A stretch of 64,000 bases of DNA from an uncultured archaeon (GCA_964508365.1 CAZDTP010000009.1:20966-84965); one strand, 5' to 3'; counted from the stretch's first letter, positions 38,922-50,267 are shown. The notes: generated by a model from the sequence alone, not told the origin. Translations and numbers: made by a program.

Positions 38922-40013
38922 CTACTTTTTTAGAATCTTTTGATTCAAATCAGCAATTTCTTTTTCCTTTTCAGATAGCGTGGCTTTTAACTTGTTTATG
39001 TTTTTCTGCAAATTTTCAACTAATTCAGCCATAGGATTGCTCGGATCTGAAGTAGGAGAAATTGTTGATAATTTTAAATCGGCTATTATGCTTTCTTTCT
39101 CCCTAACTTTGTTTTCAAGATTCTGGATTTTCTGTTCGAATTCCTCAGAAGTAATTAAAGGTGCTTCTGTTTTACTACTTTTAAGAGAATTTTGTAATTC
39201 TGCAAGTTTTTTTTTTAGTAATTCGTTTTCTTTTTCTAAAGGTTCGAATTCATTATCAGAAAGATTAATATCCTTTCCTTCTAACGCGTTTGTTAGTACG
39301 TTCTTTTCTTTCTTTAATTTTTCGACAATGCGTTTGTATTTAGTCAAATCTGATTGAAGATCTTTGCACAAGGCTTCAAGAGGTTTAGCTGAAGTCTCAG
39401 GAGGCATAGGTTTAATCACCTTTTGTTCAGGAACACTCGCTTGGACTACAATATCGACGGGTTTGCTTTTTAATTCTTCTTCGTAGTCTTGGTTTAGTCG
39501 TTCTACTTCATTTGATAATTCTGTTGTTTTACGCTCTAAATTTTGTATGATCATATCCTTTTTCGATATCTCAGATTTCAATTCCTCAATAATTATATGT
39601 TCTGTTGTAGAATCTGTTCCAATTTGTGTGTTTGCTTGAGTTTGTAAATGTACTATCACTGTATCCTTTGATTTAATTTCTTCATCCTTCTCTAATAATA
39701 ATTTTACCATACTTTTAACTTTATTTCCCAATTCTGAGTTATCTTGCTTTAAACCATCTAATTTCATAGCTATTTCTGTTACAGCTTCATCTTTTTCAAT
39801 TCTAAGTCTCTCTTTTTCTTTAACTGCTTTTTTAAGTATTTCTTCAGATTTGGTTATCAATTCAATGTTCGCAGCAATTTTGTTTCGTAATTGTTCGTTC
39901 TCTTTTTGTATATCTCCAATTAAAGAGGGCGTGTTCTCTGTTGCTAATTTCTTTTTCCAAAGGGAAATAAAATCTTCGACTTTCTCCTCGTTTTCCTCCG
40001 GCATATTTCTCAA
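38922..40013 (-). CDS. Long coiled-coil hypothetical protein
   Basis: Heptad-rich E/K/L sequence interrupted by Pro/Ser/Thr linkers; no catalytic motif. Confidence 0.75.
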   Translation of the reverse strand: MRNMPEENEEKVEDFISLWKKKLATENTPSLIGDIQKENEQLRNKIAANIELITKSEEILKKAVKEKERLRIEKDEAVTEIAMKLDGLKQDNSELGNKVKSMVKLLLEKDEEIKSKDTVIVHLQTQANTQIGTDSTTEHIIIEELKSEISKKDMIIQNLERKTTELSNEVERLNQDYEEELKSKPVDIVVQASVPEQKVIKPMPPETSAKPLEALCKDLQSDLTKYKRIVEKLKKEKNVLTNALEGKDINLSDNEFEPLEKENELLKKKLAELQNSLKSSKTEAPLITSEEFEQKIQNLENKVREKESIIADLKLSTISPTSDPSNPMAELVENLQKNINKLKATLSEKEKEIADLNQKILKK

Positions 40014-40048
40014 AATTTTTTCTTTAATTTTAGGTTTTTTATTTTATA

Positions 40049-40939
40049 TCATTTTATTAATATTCCTGAAAAGTATCCAACACAATATCCGTACTCACCC
40101 CGAATATCACTACTAGTGTAATACTTTAACAGTTCTCCCTTGGTAGCGTCTAATTTCATACAAGTTAACATCAGAGTTGTAATTGTTTGTGCACCACATA
40201 CCGTCGTTTTCAGTGCATTTAAAAGCGTTTTTTCAGGATCTAGCGCTACAAACGCATCAATAACATCTTGATCAACTTTTTTAAAATCAATTAATTGTTG
40301 TTTACTTGTAATATTTTTGTGCGACATATCAGATGAAGCCACAATCACGATATCTTTATTCGATGATTTTATTACTGAAGAAATATCTGTAGATATTTGC
40401 TCATATACTTCATAGTCCTTTCTTCCTCCAATTTTTATCGTTAAGATCTTTACATCTTTACTCTTAGAGCAATATTTTATGAAAGGAAGCTGAATTTCTA
40501 TATTGTGTTCTTGTTCCATAAAACCAGTAAAAGCGGAACGGTCTTCGACGATTGTATTGCTTATGTCTAAGATTCCATTAGCAATATCACTATCAATTTG
40601 TAAATTCCCAAGTGGAGTTTCCCATTGACCATCTGCAAGCAGAGCCACCTTACCATAGCCAACATGGTCAGTTCCCAAAACAATAATCGTATCTGGGATT
40701 TTTTCTTTAAAGAGATTTAAATAAGTATGAGCTGCACATCTTCCAGAAAAGGCGTATCCTGCGTGAGGAGAAACTCCGCCTATTATTGTTCTTGTATCTT
40801 GATTTAATGTTTCAGGTAACGAACCAGGTCCAAATTCACTTTCAGAAAAACAATATTCTAATTCTCTATTTAAATCTTCACGATTTTTAGGGTACCAACT
40901 TCCCGCGTGTGATGCCTTTCTTATTACCAATTTTTTCAC
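40049..40939 (-). CDS. MEMO1 family protein (AmmeMemoRadiSam protein B); start probably TTG at 40930
   Basis: R.ASHAGSWYP, SPHAGYAFSG, WETPLG, EHNIEIQLPF, ASSDMSH, TVCG, VGY. Confidence 0.93.
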   Translation of the reverse strand: MKKLVIRKASHAGSWYPKNREDLNRELEYCFSESEFGPGSLPETLNQDTRTIIGGVSPHAGYAFSGRCAAHTYLNLFKEKIPDTIIVLGTDHVGYGKVALLADGQWETPLGNLQIDSDIANGILDISNTIVEDRSAFTGFMEQEHNIEIQLPFIKYCSKSKDVKILTIKIGGRKDYEVYEQISTDISSVIKSSNKDIVIVASSDMSHKNITSKQQLIDFKKVDQDVIDAFVALDPEKTLLNALKTTVCGAQTITTLMLTCMKLDATKGELLKYYTSSDIRGEYGYCVGYFSGILIK

Positions 40940-41037
40940 CTTGTTATAAATAACATTTGTTTAAAAATATATATACTTTCATTTGTTGGAAACTAAATTG
41001 AAAGAATTATTAAACAATTCTAAATAAATCTTATTAG

Positions 41038-41640
41038 ATGACTGATGATAAAGAAACCCCTATTTCACTGGAAGACATAGACGAAAAAGACATCCCAGAA
41101 AGAATCCCAACTAAATATTTAAACAACCGTGTGATTGTTTTTAACCCCCTCTTTGCATCATATTTATATGTTAAAATGAATTTTTTTGGGTCTCCTCTGG
41201 GGATAAGTAAGCCCCGTTTAGAGTATTTTTCTAAACCCTCAGAATTATCATTAATCGAAGCACTATTTTTGCTGAAAAATGATAAAATTACAATCTTTGA
41301 CCCAAAATTAGATAAATATTACTCTCATGATGAATTTTATGATATCTGTAAAAAAATTCACCATAAATTTGAAGAAAAATTCATAATTTACCAAGATTTA
41401 CGGCAAAAAGGCTATGTTCCTCGTCCAGGACTTAAGTTTGGAGCCGATTTTGTAGTATATAAAAAAGGTCCGGGATTAGAGCATTCACCCTTTATCGCAC
41501 ATGTTTTACCGCATGACGCAAAAATAACTGCTATTGATATGGTTCGAGCTGGAAGATTAGCTACATCAGTTCGAAAGAAGTTTGTAATTGCTAATCCGCT
41601 AACCATGAGTTATTACTTTTTTGAGTGGTTTAAACCTTAA
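41038..41640 (+). CDS. endA: tRNA-splicing endonuclease
   Basis: LSLIEALFL, IYQDLRQKGY, GLKFGADFVVY..GP..EHS, VRKKFVIA (catalytic Tyr/His/Lys pattern). Confidence 0.93.
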   Translation: MTDDKETPISLEDIDEKDIPERIPTKYLNNRVIVFNPLFASYLYVKMNFFGSPLGISKPRLEYFSKPSELSLIEALFLLKNDKITIFDPKLDKYYSHDEFYDICKKIHHKFEEKFIIYQDLRQKGYVPRPGLKFGADFVVYKKGPGLEHSPFIAHVLPHDAKITAIDMVRAGRLATSVRKKFVIANPLTMSYYFFEWFKP

Positions 41641-41674
41641 TTTAAGAGTTAGAAAAACCGAAATTGGATATTCT

Positions 41675-43504
41675 TTACTTTCGATGAATATTATAGACCA
41701 AACTTATTGTGTTATTTAATATTTCATCCTTAAATTTTTCGAGTGGTTTAAGATCATTATTAGGAACATAGTGGCTAATTTTCATAACCTCGTTAAGGAT
41801 TTCATCGCATTTTTTCTCATTTATTAGAAAGCCTTGCTTTACTAGTGGTATGCTACTATTATATAAGAGAATTATAATCTTGATAAGTCCTAACATTTTC
41901 CTGCTACTCGTAAAATTATCGACTTCATTAAAAGCATTCTGTATAAAAAAAGCATTTCTTATTAGATTGGCAATATAGAGTTCTAATTTTTGATCTTCAG
42001 CTAAATTTTTTAATCCTAGAAGCTGAGTTATGTATTTTAGGTCGTTTTCTTTTGCTAGTATCTCATTTACTTGCTTTCTACACTCAAACCAATCTAGCTT
42101 TACATCTGGCCAATCTACATCTATCTTCTCCCACCAATCTGTTAAATACACAGGGTAATTTGAATAAGAATTTATCCAACTAATAGCGGGATAATGTTTC
42201 AGATATGCTAATTTAGTATCTAAAGCCCATATTCCTTGAACAACGCGTTTTGTGGCGGATGTAACAGGCTCATTAAAATCTCCTGCGGGAGGAGATATTG
42301 ACCCTATAATAGTTATAGACCCTTTTCTACTTTTCCCGTCAGGATCGTTCCCTAAAGTCGTAAAGACACCAGCTCGTTCATAGAAACTTGATATTTTCGA
42401 GGGTAAATAAGCAGGGTAACCTTCTTCGGCAGGCATTTCCTCTAATAATCCCGAGATTTCTCTTAAAGATTCTGCCCATCGTGATATACTATCTGCTATA
42501 ACGGCAACATTGTATCCCATGTCTCTATAATATTCTGCGATTGTTATACCTGAGAAAAGGCTTGCTTCTCGAGCAGACACAGGCATATTTGAAGTATTTA
42601 CAATAAGAGCAATTCTTTCTAATAATGGGCGTCCAGTATTAGGATCAACAGTTTCTCTAAATTGTTTTAGAGCATTAGCAATTTCATTCCCTGGTTCCCC
42701 ACAACCTATGAATACAATCAAATCCGCGTCACAATACTTGGTTATGTTTTGCTGGATAACCGTCTTTCCAGTTCCAAATCCTCCTGGGACGGCAAAAGTA
42801 CCACCTTTTGCTACAGGAAATAATAAATCAATTATACGTAAACCAGTTATTAAGGGCTCATCAGGTTGCTTTTTTTCACAAAACGGTTTTCTCTTTGTTA
42901 CTGGCCATTTTTGCAACATGCAATAAGATTTTTCATCGTTATCATTCTGCAGGGTATAAATTTTATCAATAATTGTATAGTCTCCTTCTTCAGCTATAGA
43001 AGATAGGATTCCAGAATTTCTGGGGGGCACCATTATTATGTGTTTTAGAAACGATGTTTCTTGAACGATTCCAATTTCATCTCCACTAAGAATAAAATCA
43101 TTTACTTTCCTTGTTGGAATAAAATGCCACTTTTTAGTCCTTGAGAGAGGAGGAAATTCAAGTCCTCTATTTAATCTCCCTTCTTGAAAGTATTCAAATG
43201 TTATACCTAACGGCCTTTGAATTCCATCAAATACGTTTGCTAATAAACCTGGTGCTAATTCCATTGATAAAGGTTCATGGAGATTAACTACTTTTTCATT
43301 TAATTTTATACTAAACGTGTTTTCGAAAGACTGGGCTATGATATGGTCAGAATAAATTTGAATTACTTCACCCAAAAAATCGTGATTGCTAATTTTTATT
43401 AAATCTTTTAGTCGTACATTATTTTCCAACCCTTTAATCTCTACTAATGAGCCGTAAACAGCAGATATAAAGCCTCCCTTTGAATTTTTTTTTTCCACGA
43501 CCAT
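41675..43504 (-). CDS. Second A/V-type ATPase subunit A paralog with GER->GEP substitution (start revised to ATG 43504, 609 aa)
   Basis: GGFGTGKT P-loop, [34 protein letters not shown]; GCGEPGNE instead of GCGERGNE. Confidence 0.9.
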   Translation of the reverse strand: MVVEKKNSKGGFISAVYGSLVEIKGLENNVRLKDLIKISNHDFLGEVIQIYSDHIIAQSFENTFSIKLNEKVVNLHEPLSMELAPGLLANVFDGIQRPLGITFEYFQEGRLNRGLEFPPLSRTKKWHFIPTRKVNDFILSGDEIGIVQETSFLKHIIMVPPRNSGILSSIAEEGDYTIIDKIYTLQNDNDEKSYCMLQKWPVTKRKPFCEKKQPDEPLITGLRIIDLLFPVAKGGTFAVPGGFGTGKTVIQQNITKYCDADLIVFIGCGEPGNEIANALKQFRETVDPNTGRPLLERIALIVNTSNMPVSAREASLFSGITIAEYYRDMGYNVAVIADSISRWAESLREISGLLEEMPAEEGYPAYLPSKISSFYERAGVFTTLGNDPDGKSRKGSITIIGSISPPAGDFNEPVTSATKRVVQGIWALDTKLAYLKHYPAISWINSYSNYPVYLTDWWEKIDVDWPDVKLDWFECRKQVNEILAKENDLKYITQLLGLKNLAEDQKLELYIANLIRNAFFIQNAFNEVDNFTSSRKMLGLIKIIILLYNSSIPLVKQGFLINEKKCDEILNEVMKISHYVPNNDLKPLEKFKDEILNNTISLVYNIHRK

Positions 43505-43545
43505 TTTTACTAGATCCCCCTTATTTTTCTGTATTCTAGTATTTA

Positions 43546-44070
43546 TTAAGTTATACGCGTTCCACAAACAGGACATTTTTTCACTGATTTTGGAATTGTC
43601 ATTCCACAATTATTGCATTTCTTGATAATTCCTTTAAGTTCAATAGCTTTACCGCATATAGGGCATTTTTTTTTATAACTTGTTATGATCATCCCGCAAT
43701 TTTCACATTTGTTGATAAGAGGTTTGCGATATTTAAAATTTAAGTCTACTTCTCTAAATTTTTTTTCTACTGGTTCCTCTCGTTCTTCTTTTATAGTCAA
43801 TTCCAACTTTCTTGATGGCCGTTGAATCATATTCTGTTTTTTATCGGGATATAATTTTGAATACAGTGATTTCTGTTTCCTGTGCTTAAAAATCGATCCT
43901 AAAATTATCAAAGATATAAAAGCTAGTAATATAATAATTATAAACGGATTTACTCCAAAAATAAATAATACAATATATAAAAATACCATTATAATGATAA
44001 CAAGGACTATTATAAGAAAGATTTTTTTTTGGGATGAATTTTCTATGTTATCTTCATTTGTCATATTCAT
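43546..44070 (-). CDS. Membrane-anchored double zinc-ribbon protein
   Basis: Two N-terminal TM helices, then CENC-x10-CPIC and CNNC-x10-CPVC. Confidence 0.85.
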   Translation of the reverse strand: MNMTNEDNIENSSQKKIFLIIVLVIIIMVFLYIVLFIFGVNPFIIIILLAFISLIILGSIFKHRKQKSLYSKLYPDKKQNMIQRPSRKLELTIKEEREEPVEKKFREVDLNFKYRKPLINKCENCGMIITSYKKKCPICGKAIELKGIIKKCNNCGMTIPKSVKKCPVCGTRIT

Positions 44071-44103
44071 CTATCTATAAAACAAAGTTTCATAAAATCT
44101 AGT

Positions 44104-46383
44104 TTATAAATATTTTCTAGAAATATATTTTTCTGCTTTTTCAATATCTTGATAGAAGTTCTTTGATTCAATTTCTTTATCGATTTCTTCGGATATAACA
44201 TCTTTAATACTGCTAATTTCAAATGTAACTTCTGAATATTTATCGTTTAAATAAAAAGGAATATAAATTACTCCGCTTCCTTGATAAAATTTGAAGAAAA
44301 ATTCATAAAAATGCAGCCTCATAGCATTGATAAACACAAGTAATCCTTCAAGCAAAATAACGATCATGTTTCCAAAAACCAAACCTATATAACTAATTAT
44401 CTCGTTGACAATACCCCCTCCCTGAATTAAATTTACCATTGCAGTGATTGCTATCATCAATGATACGTGTGCTAAAGCTAATGCTAACAACCTAATATAA
44501 GATGATACGTTACTCATAATTGAGAGGAATGTTTCAAAAGTTTCCATTGTACCTTCCCCGATTAGACCACCTACTGATTCTTTTTTTAGATAAGAGATAT
44601 GCAATATTTTACCAATGGGCTTTAGTATAATTAACAAAATTGCGGGAATTATTGTTAATAAAATTGGAAAGGGCGGTTCTAACCAACTATATATATCAAA
44701 TCCATATATGAATATTAAAATCGTTCCTCCAGTTAATAAAAGTATTTTAACCATAGAATCTGTAAAACCTAAATATTTCCTCTTTTGTTTCCAATAATTC
44801 ATAAATTGAATAAACCAACCTAAATTAAGGTGAAAAACCCCAATCAGAACAGCAAATTTCAAAACTGTCATTATATTATCTAACGGATTATGCAGAGAAA
44901 TATTCAATATCGGAATGGTAATTGATTCTAAATGTAGGAAAACGGTATTGAATAATTTAATTTCAGGCATTCCAAAAAATTCACTGTATAAAAATCCAAA
45001 TATAATTGCACCTATTCCACAATATAAAATGATCCAACAAAAATTCAAGAAATCTCTACTTTTTTTACTTCTATATATAATAAAACCTAACAAACCAGAT
45101 AAAATTAAGACGATACCATGCCCGATATCTCCAAACATTATCCCAAACAAAAGTGGAAATGTTATTGCTATTATTGGGGTTGGATCAATCTCTGAATAAG
45201 CAGGGATTCCATACATTCTTGTTATTGTTTCAAATGGCCTAAATAAAACAAAATTCTTCATTATTGTGGGGGCAGAAGTTCTTAAGTCATCTTTTTCAAT
45301 TTTTCTATTTGCAATCTCCTCATTTAATTTAGATTTCTTTGCGCTTTTTGACTTCTCTGAATATTTTGATATTTTATCTGATGCTAATTTTACTTGCTTA
45401 TTTTTTACAATCTCAACAGATTCAATCGTAAGTTTATCTTGAAATTTATCTATTAGCCCTTGATAGATTTCTTTCTTTTTTTCTTTAGGTAAATAAAAAC
45501 TCAAACTTAATTGATCTGAAGATAATTCTTCAAATTGATAGGAGACCCAATTATATTCTTCTAGGTTTTGAATGATTTCATGAGCTGCTGCAAATAAGAG
45601 GAGATTATCGTCTCTTATTCGTTCTAATTCTCTCTGATTCTTATTTAGAGAGGTTATAATAAACTTAATTTCCTTCGCAATACGCGGAAAATTTATTCCG
45701 TCTGAAAGCAAATATTTCTTTAATATCGGTACCTCTTCAGCATGTATTATACGAATCCTCTCTCTAAATTCCGCTTCTTGTTCCTTTGGGTATATTATAA
45801 AAAATGCTATTCTATCATCACTTAAAAAATCATAGTGCAAAAAATTAGGAAAATGAGAGAAATCAAAGACTACTTCAATATTCTCCAAGTTCTTTGAAAA
45901 AGAAGTGAATGCTTTAAATTCTAAATGTTTAAATTTTAATAATTTATCTCGAGTTACTTTATATTTCTCTAAAAATAAGTAGCTTGCATGGATGTTGCTT
46001 ATTTTATCTAGTTCAATCTCAATTGAAGTCAAATATTTTTTCAATTCATTTATTCGGTTTGAAAAATAATTAATTTCATTAGATAACTGATTAAGGAGAT
46101 CATCAATATCTTTGCCTTTAAATTTTGGTCTATCGCTCTCTTCAAATGATAGTTTTTGGAAGTCAGATTCTGTGATGTTAAGATCCTTGAATAGCGTTTC
46201 TAAATTTTGGCTTAAGGTTTTGATTCTATCAAATAGTTCTTTATCCATCTCATAGCTACCACTTTTTTCAGATTTCGGTTTAATGTGAACTTGCTTGAGT
46301 TGGGAGAGGTGTTGTAAAAGAAGATTTTTATAATTGCGATTTAAATTTACTTTAAATAATACCATAACATTTTTTTTTGCCAT
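44104..46383 (-). CDS. atpI: A/V-type ATP synthase subunit I (a)
   Basis: EIDPTP, FGIMFGDIGHG, SNVSSYIRLLALALAH (essential Arg), RLHFYEFF.KFY.G. Confidence 0.95.
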   Translation of the reverse strand: MAKKNVMVLFKVNLNRNYKNLLLQHLSQLKQVHIKPKSEKSGSYEMDKELFDRIKTLSQNLETLFKDLNITESDFQKLSFEESDRPKFKGKDIDDLLNQLSNEINYFSNRINELKKYLTSIEIELDKISNIHASYLFLEKYKVTRDKLLKFKHLEFKAFTSFSKNLENIEVVFDFSHFPNFLHYDFLSDDRIAFFIIYPKEQEAEFRERIRIIHAEEVPILKKYLLSDGINFPRIAKEIKFIITSLNKNQRELERIRDDNLLLFAAAHEIIQNLEEYNWVSYQFEELSSDQLSLSFYLPKEKKKEIYQGLIDKFQDKLTIESVEIVKNKQVKLASDKISKYSEKSKSAKKSKLNEEIANRKIEKDDLRTSAPTIMKNFVLFRPFETITRMYGIPAYSEIDPTPIIAITFPLLFGIMFGDIGHGIVLILSGLLGFIIYRSKKSRDFLNFCWIILYCGIGAIIFGFLYSEFFGMPEIKLFNTVFLHLESITIPILNISLHNPLDNIMTVLKFAVLIGVFHLNLGWFIQFMNYWKQKRKYLGFTDSMVKILLLTGGTILIFIYGFDIYSWLEPPFPILLTIIPAILLIILKPIGKILHISYLKKESVGGLIGEGTMETFETFLSIMSNVSSYIRLLALALAHVSLMIAITAMVNLIQGGGIVNEIISYIGLVFGNMIVILLEGLLVFINAMRLHFYEFFFKFYQGSGVIYIPFYLNDKYSEVTFEISSIKDVISEEIDKEIESKNFYQDIEKAEKYISRKYL

Positions 46384-46404
46384 TCACAATCACTATCAAT
46401 TAAT

Positions 46405-47037
46405 TTATCTAGTAATCAAATCTTTTGTATTTTTTAACCGAACATAATTTTCTCTTTCATTTTCCTCTAAAATATCTTTTATTTTTTTTATGTCATGTAC
46501 TAATTCGGGAATTATTATATTCTTTAATCCATTTATCCTACGATTGATCTTTTTAAAATTTTTAGCTAAATTTAACATTATATCTTCATCTTTTGCCAAG
46601 ATTATAAGTTTTTCAAAAAATTTAACTAGGATAATTATTAAATCATCTAGATAATGACTAGTATTTTCAAAAGAATAAGCAGGAAGTAACTCCTCCCTTA
46701 TCAATTCATATTCTAGTATTGGAATTAATGATCCAATTTTTTTTATATACTGTATATTGATTTTTGGCTTATATTGAATTTTACTTAACTTACTTATTAA
46801 ATTGAAATTTCTTTTTCCCATTTCTTTATATGTATGATTAAGTGTGATCATAGTTTCCTTATATAATTCTATAAAGATTTCACGATTCGTAATATAATTA
46901 TTCCAATTTTCTTTAACTTCAATCATTATTTGCTCTAATTTGAATTTTAAAAAGTTTTCACCTTTTACAGCAAAATTTAACCTTTTATTTAAATTCATTA
47001 AATTCGTCTTTGTAGGTTTAAACTCTCTAAAACTAAT
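46405..47037 (-). CDS. atpD: A/V-type ATP synthase subunit D (start extended to ATT 47037, 210 aa)
   Basis: KINRRINGLKNIIIP...LEENERENYVRLK; in-frame upstream KPTKTNL (cf. conserved .PTR.EL) lies before the first ATG at 46998. Confidence 0.9.
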   Translation of the reverse strand: MSFREFKPTKTNLMNLNKRLNFAVKGENFLKFKLEQIMIEVKENWNNYITNREIFIELYKETMITLNHTYKEMGKRNFNLISKLSKIQYKPKINIQYIKKIGSLIPILEYELIREELLPAYSFENTSHYLDDLIIILVKFFEKLIILAKDEDIMLNLAKNFKKINRRINGLKNIIIPELVHDIKKIKDILEENERENYVRLKNTKDLITR

Positions 47038-47043
47038 CGGTAC

Positions 47044-48435
47044 TTACACCCCTCCAACATAATATTTATCAATAAATTCATGATGGATTCTAAATAATTG
47101 ATTTCGTGGGATATGAGATAACGCTTTCCAAGCGATATTCAAAGTTGTGTTGATATCTCTTTCTTCATTTTGACCTTGATTTAAAAAAGTTTGTTCGAAT
47201 GCATTTCCAAATTTTATTAACGCTTTTTGGTTATAGTTTAAACCATCTTCTCCTACAATAGATATAAGATCTCTAACTTCAAGAGCCGCAGAGTAGGAAG
47301 ATAATAATTGCGAACTGACATCAGCATGATCTTCCCTTGTAGTTTCTTTACCTATAGCGTCCTTCATAAGTCGTGAAATTGAAGCTAAAACTTCAAAAGG
47401 CGGATAGATTCCGGTTTTATCCAAGTTTCTATTCAGGACCAATTGCCCTTCGGTGATATAGCCCGTAGTATCGGGGATTGGATGAGATATATCATCGTTT
47501 GGCATTGTAAGAATTGGTAATTGCGTAATCGTTCCTTTTTTACCTTTAATTTTGCCAGTTCTTTCATAGATCGACGCAAAATCGGAGTATAAGTAACCCG
47601 GGTAGCCTTTCCTACTTGGGATCTCCTCCTTAGCAGAGCTTAATTCTCTTAAAGCTTCCGCATAATTTGTCATATCAATTAGAATAACGAGAACATGCAT
47701 ATCCTTTTCAAAAGCGAAATATTCAGCTGTTGTAAGAGCTACTCGTGGAATGATTAATCTTTCCATAATTGGATCGTCAGCAAAATTGATAAAGGATATG
47801 ATATTCTGTATATTTCCGCTTTCTTGAAATTTGTTCATGAAAAAAATAGCTTCATCTTGAATAATACCAATCCCACAAAAAATGATCAAAAAAGGTTCTT
47901 TAGTTAAAACTTTTGCTTGAGTTACAATTTGAGCAGCTAATTGATTATGAGGCATTCCTTGACCACTAAAAATAGGAAGTTTCTGACCTCTTATTATCGT
48001 AAAAAGACCATCAATTACGGATATTCCAGTTTGGATTACTTCTGACGGATATTCTCTAGCAAATGGGTTAATAGGCAACCCATTTACATCCCTTTCTATT
48101 TCTGTTAATATTTCAGAATCTAATTCCTGTTTAGTATTAATATCGATTGGCTTTCCCAAAGAATTGAAGACTCTCCCAAACATATCACTAGAAATTTTGA
48201 TTTTAAACGAATCTTCGGTAAAAGTAATGGTAGAATTTTCAGATGATAATCCAGATGTATCTTCAAATACTTCAATTGTTATTGTATCTTCATCCATCTT
48301 TACAACTTGACCCGTGCGTTCATTGCCACCATTAGGACGGATTTTGACGATTTCACCATATTGTACGTCATGTTTATTATCTAAAAATAGTAAAGGTCCA
48401 ATAATTTGTTTAATTTTTCTATAAATTACACTCAT
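47044..48435 (-). CDS. atpB: A/V-type ATP synthase subunit B
   Basis: [60 protein letters not shown] (arginine finger). Confidence 0.97.
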   Translation of the reverse strand: MSVIYRKIKQIIGPLLFLDNKHDVQYGEIVKIRPNGGNERTGQVVKMDEDTITIEVFEDTSGLSSENSTITFTEDSFKIKISSDMFGRVFNSLGKPIDINTKQELDSEILTEIERDVNGLPINPFAREYPSEVIQTGISVIDGLFTIIRGQKLPIFSGQGMPHNQLAAQIVTQAKVLTKEPFLIIFCGIGIIQDEAIFFMNKFQESGNIQNIISFINFADDPIMERLIIPRVALTTAEYFAFEKDMHVLVILIDMTNYAEALRELSSAKEEIPSRKGYPGYLYSDFASIYERTGKIKGKKGTITQLPILTMPNDDISHPIPDTTGYITEGQLVLNRNLDKTGIYPPFEVLASISRLMKDAIGKETTREDHADVSSQLLSSYSAALEVRDLISIVGEDGLNYNQKALIKFGNAFEQTFLNQGQNEERDINTTLNIAWKALSHIPRNQLFRIHHEFIDKYYVGGV

Positions 48436-50267
48436 TTTTTCTTTAAAACACCACGCATTAACTTTAAAGATTCTATTTCATCAATTAACTTTTTCTTTAA
48501 TTTTTCTATTTGTTTAAATCCATCATTAGGAACTGAGTTCCCAATTCTTAGAATATCATTTATTACGTTTAATTCTTTTAGATCATCAATTAAATACCCT
48601 TGATTTATAAGCTGTTGTCCCTCGTTATATAATAAGAGAATGATTTTTGTAAACCCTATTAATTTTGTAATATCCGTAAAACAATCAATGGGATCAAAAG
48701 CACTTTGGATTAAGAAACCATTTCTAGTTAATTTTGAGATAAAAATGATAAATTGTTGGTCTTCGGGTAAGTTTTCTTCTCCGATTAATTGGGTAACATT
48801 TTTTAACTCATTTTCTTGAGATAGAATGTTATTTAATTGTCTTCTACATTCATACCAATCAATATCTATCTCAGGCCAATAGATATCCCTTTCATACCAC
48901 CAATCTGAGATGAACTCAGGATATTTAGAGTATGATTTTAACCAATTTATAGCGGGATAGTGCTTTGAATAAGCTAAATTCGCATCTAATGCCCAAAAAG
49001 CTTGAACAAAACGTTTCGTAGTTGAAGTAACAGGTTCGCTGAAATCCCCAGAGGGAGGTGAAACCGATCCAATAATTGTTAAAGAGCCAAAGTTGTTAGT
49101 ATTTGAATCATCTTCACCATAGATATTGACAACTCCGGCCCTCTCATAAAAGCTAGAAATCTTTGAAGGTAAATAAGCCGGATATCCTTCTTCTGCGGGC
49201 ATTTCTTCTAACAATCCAGAGATTTCTCTTAAGGATTCAGCCCATCTTGATGTGCTATCAGCTAAGACTGCAACATCATATCCCATATCTCTATAATATT
49301 CTCCTATGGTAACTCCTGAAAAAATACTAGCTTCTCGTGCAGATACAGGCATGTTAGATGTGTTTGCTATTATAACAATTCGCTCCAATAACGGGCGACC
49401 ACTTTTGGGATCAACGATCTCAGAAAATTGCTTTAAGACATCCGCTATCTCATTTCCTCGCTCCCCACATCCAACAAAAACGATTATATCGGCATTACAC
49501 CATTTTGCTAAAGACTGTTGTATAACAGTCTTGCCAGTTCCAAAACCTCCAGGAACAGCTACAGTTCCTCCCTTTACAATAGGAAATAATAAATCAATTA
49601 CTCTCATTCCTGTTATTAATGGCTCTTGCGGATGACCCCGCTTTTTATAAGGTCGATTTTTGGTAATTGGCCATTTTTGAATCATATTAAACGAATTTTC
49701 TTTTAAACCTTCCTTCAAGCGATAAATCTCATCAATTACTGTATATTCCCCTTCCTCTGCGATATAAGTTAGTTTTCCGGAAATTCCTAATGGAACAATA
49801 ATTTTATGGTTAATCAGTTGAGTTTCTTGAACGGTTCCAACGACATACCCCGTATTTACATAGTCATTTACTTTTTTTAATGGTTTAAACATCCATTTTT
49901 TCTCTCGTGATAAGGATGGAAGGTCCACACCTCTCTCTAAAAAACCACCCGTTTTAGAATTTAAAAGTGTTGCTTCTAAGGGTCTTTGAATTCCATCAAA
50001 AATTTTTCCCAGTAATCCCGGTCCAAGCTCCATAGATAAAGGTTCCTTTAAACTAAAAACTTTTTCATTTAATTTTAAATTAGTTGTATTCTCAAAACAT
50101 TGAGCAATTACATGATTAGAATAAATTTGGATGACTTGACCTAATATTTTGTTCACCCTAATGAGATCATTAAGTCGTATTTGATTCTCTAATCCTTTTA
50201 TCTTTATTAGTGAACCATTGATAGCTGAAACGTATCCAAACTGTATTCCTTCTTGAGTTTCATTCAT
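48432..50267 (-). CDS. atpA: A/V-type ATP synthase subunit A (catalytic)
   Basis: [37 protein letters not shown]; stop overlaps the atpB start (ATGA). Confidence 0.97.
   Translation of the reverse strand: MNETQEGIQFGYVSAINGSLIKIKGLENQIRLNDLIRVNKILGQVIQIYSNHVIAQCFENTTNLKLNEKVFSLKEPLSMELGPGLLGKIFDGIQRPLEATLLNSKTGGFLERGVDLPSLSREKKWMFKPLKKVNDYVNTGYVVGTVQETQLINHKIIVPLGISGKLTYIAEEGEYTVIDEIYRLKEGLKENSFNMIQKWPITKNRPYKKRGHPQEPLITGMRVIDLLFPIVKGGTVAVPGGFGTGKTVIQQSLAKWCNADIIVFVGCGERGNEIADVLKQFSEIVDPKSGRPLLERIVIIANTSNMPVSAREASIFSGVTIGEYYRDMGYDVAVLADSTSRWAESLREISGLLEEMPAEEGYPAYLPSKISSFYERAGVVNIYGEDDSNTNNFGSLTIIGSVSPPSGDFSEPVTSTTKRFVQAFWALDANLAYSKHYPAINWLKSYSKYPEFISDWWYERDIYWPEIDIDWYECRRQLNNILSQENELKNVTQLIGEENLPEDQQFIIFISKLTRNGFLIQSAFDPIDCFTDITKLIGFTKIILLLYNEGQQLINQGYLIDDLKELNVINDILRIGNSVPNDGFKQIEKLKKKLIDEIESLKLMRGVLKKK

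Noticed and set aside
40049-41640. Functional link between the divergent MEMO1 and endA genes
   Set aside because: Both are ordinary housekeeping genes; adjacency alone gives no support.
43505-43609. 35-aa N-terminal extension of the second A subunit given by the track
   Set aside because: It overlaps the 3' end of the zinc-ribbon gene; homology to atpA begins at the ATG at 43504, which has a GGGGA RBS-like element upstream.
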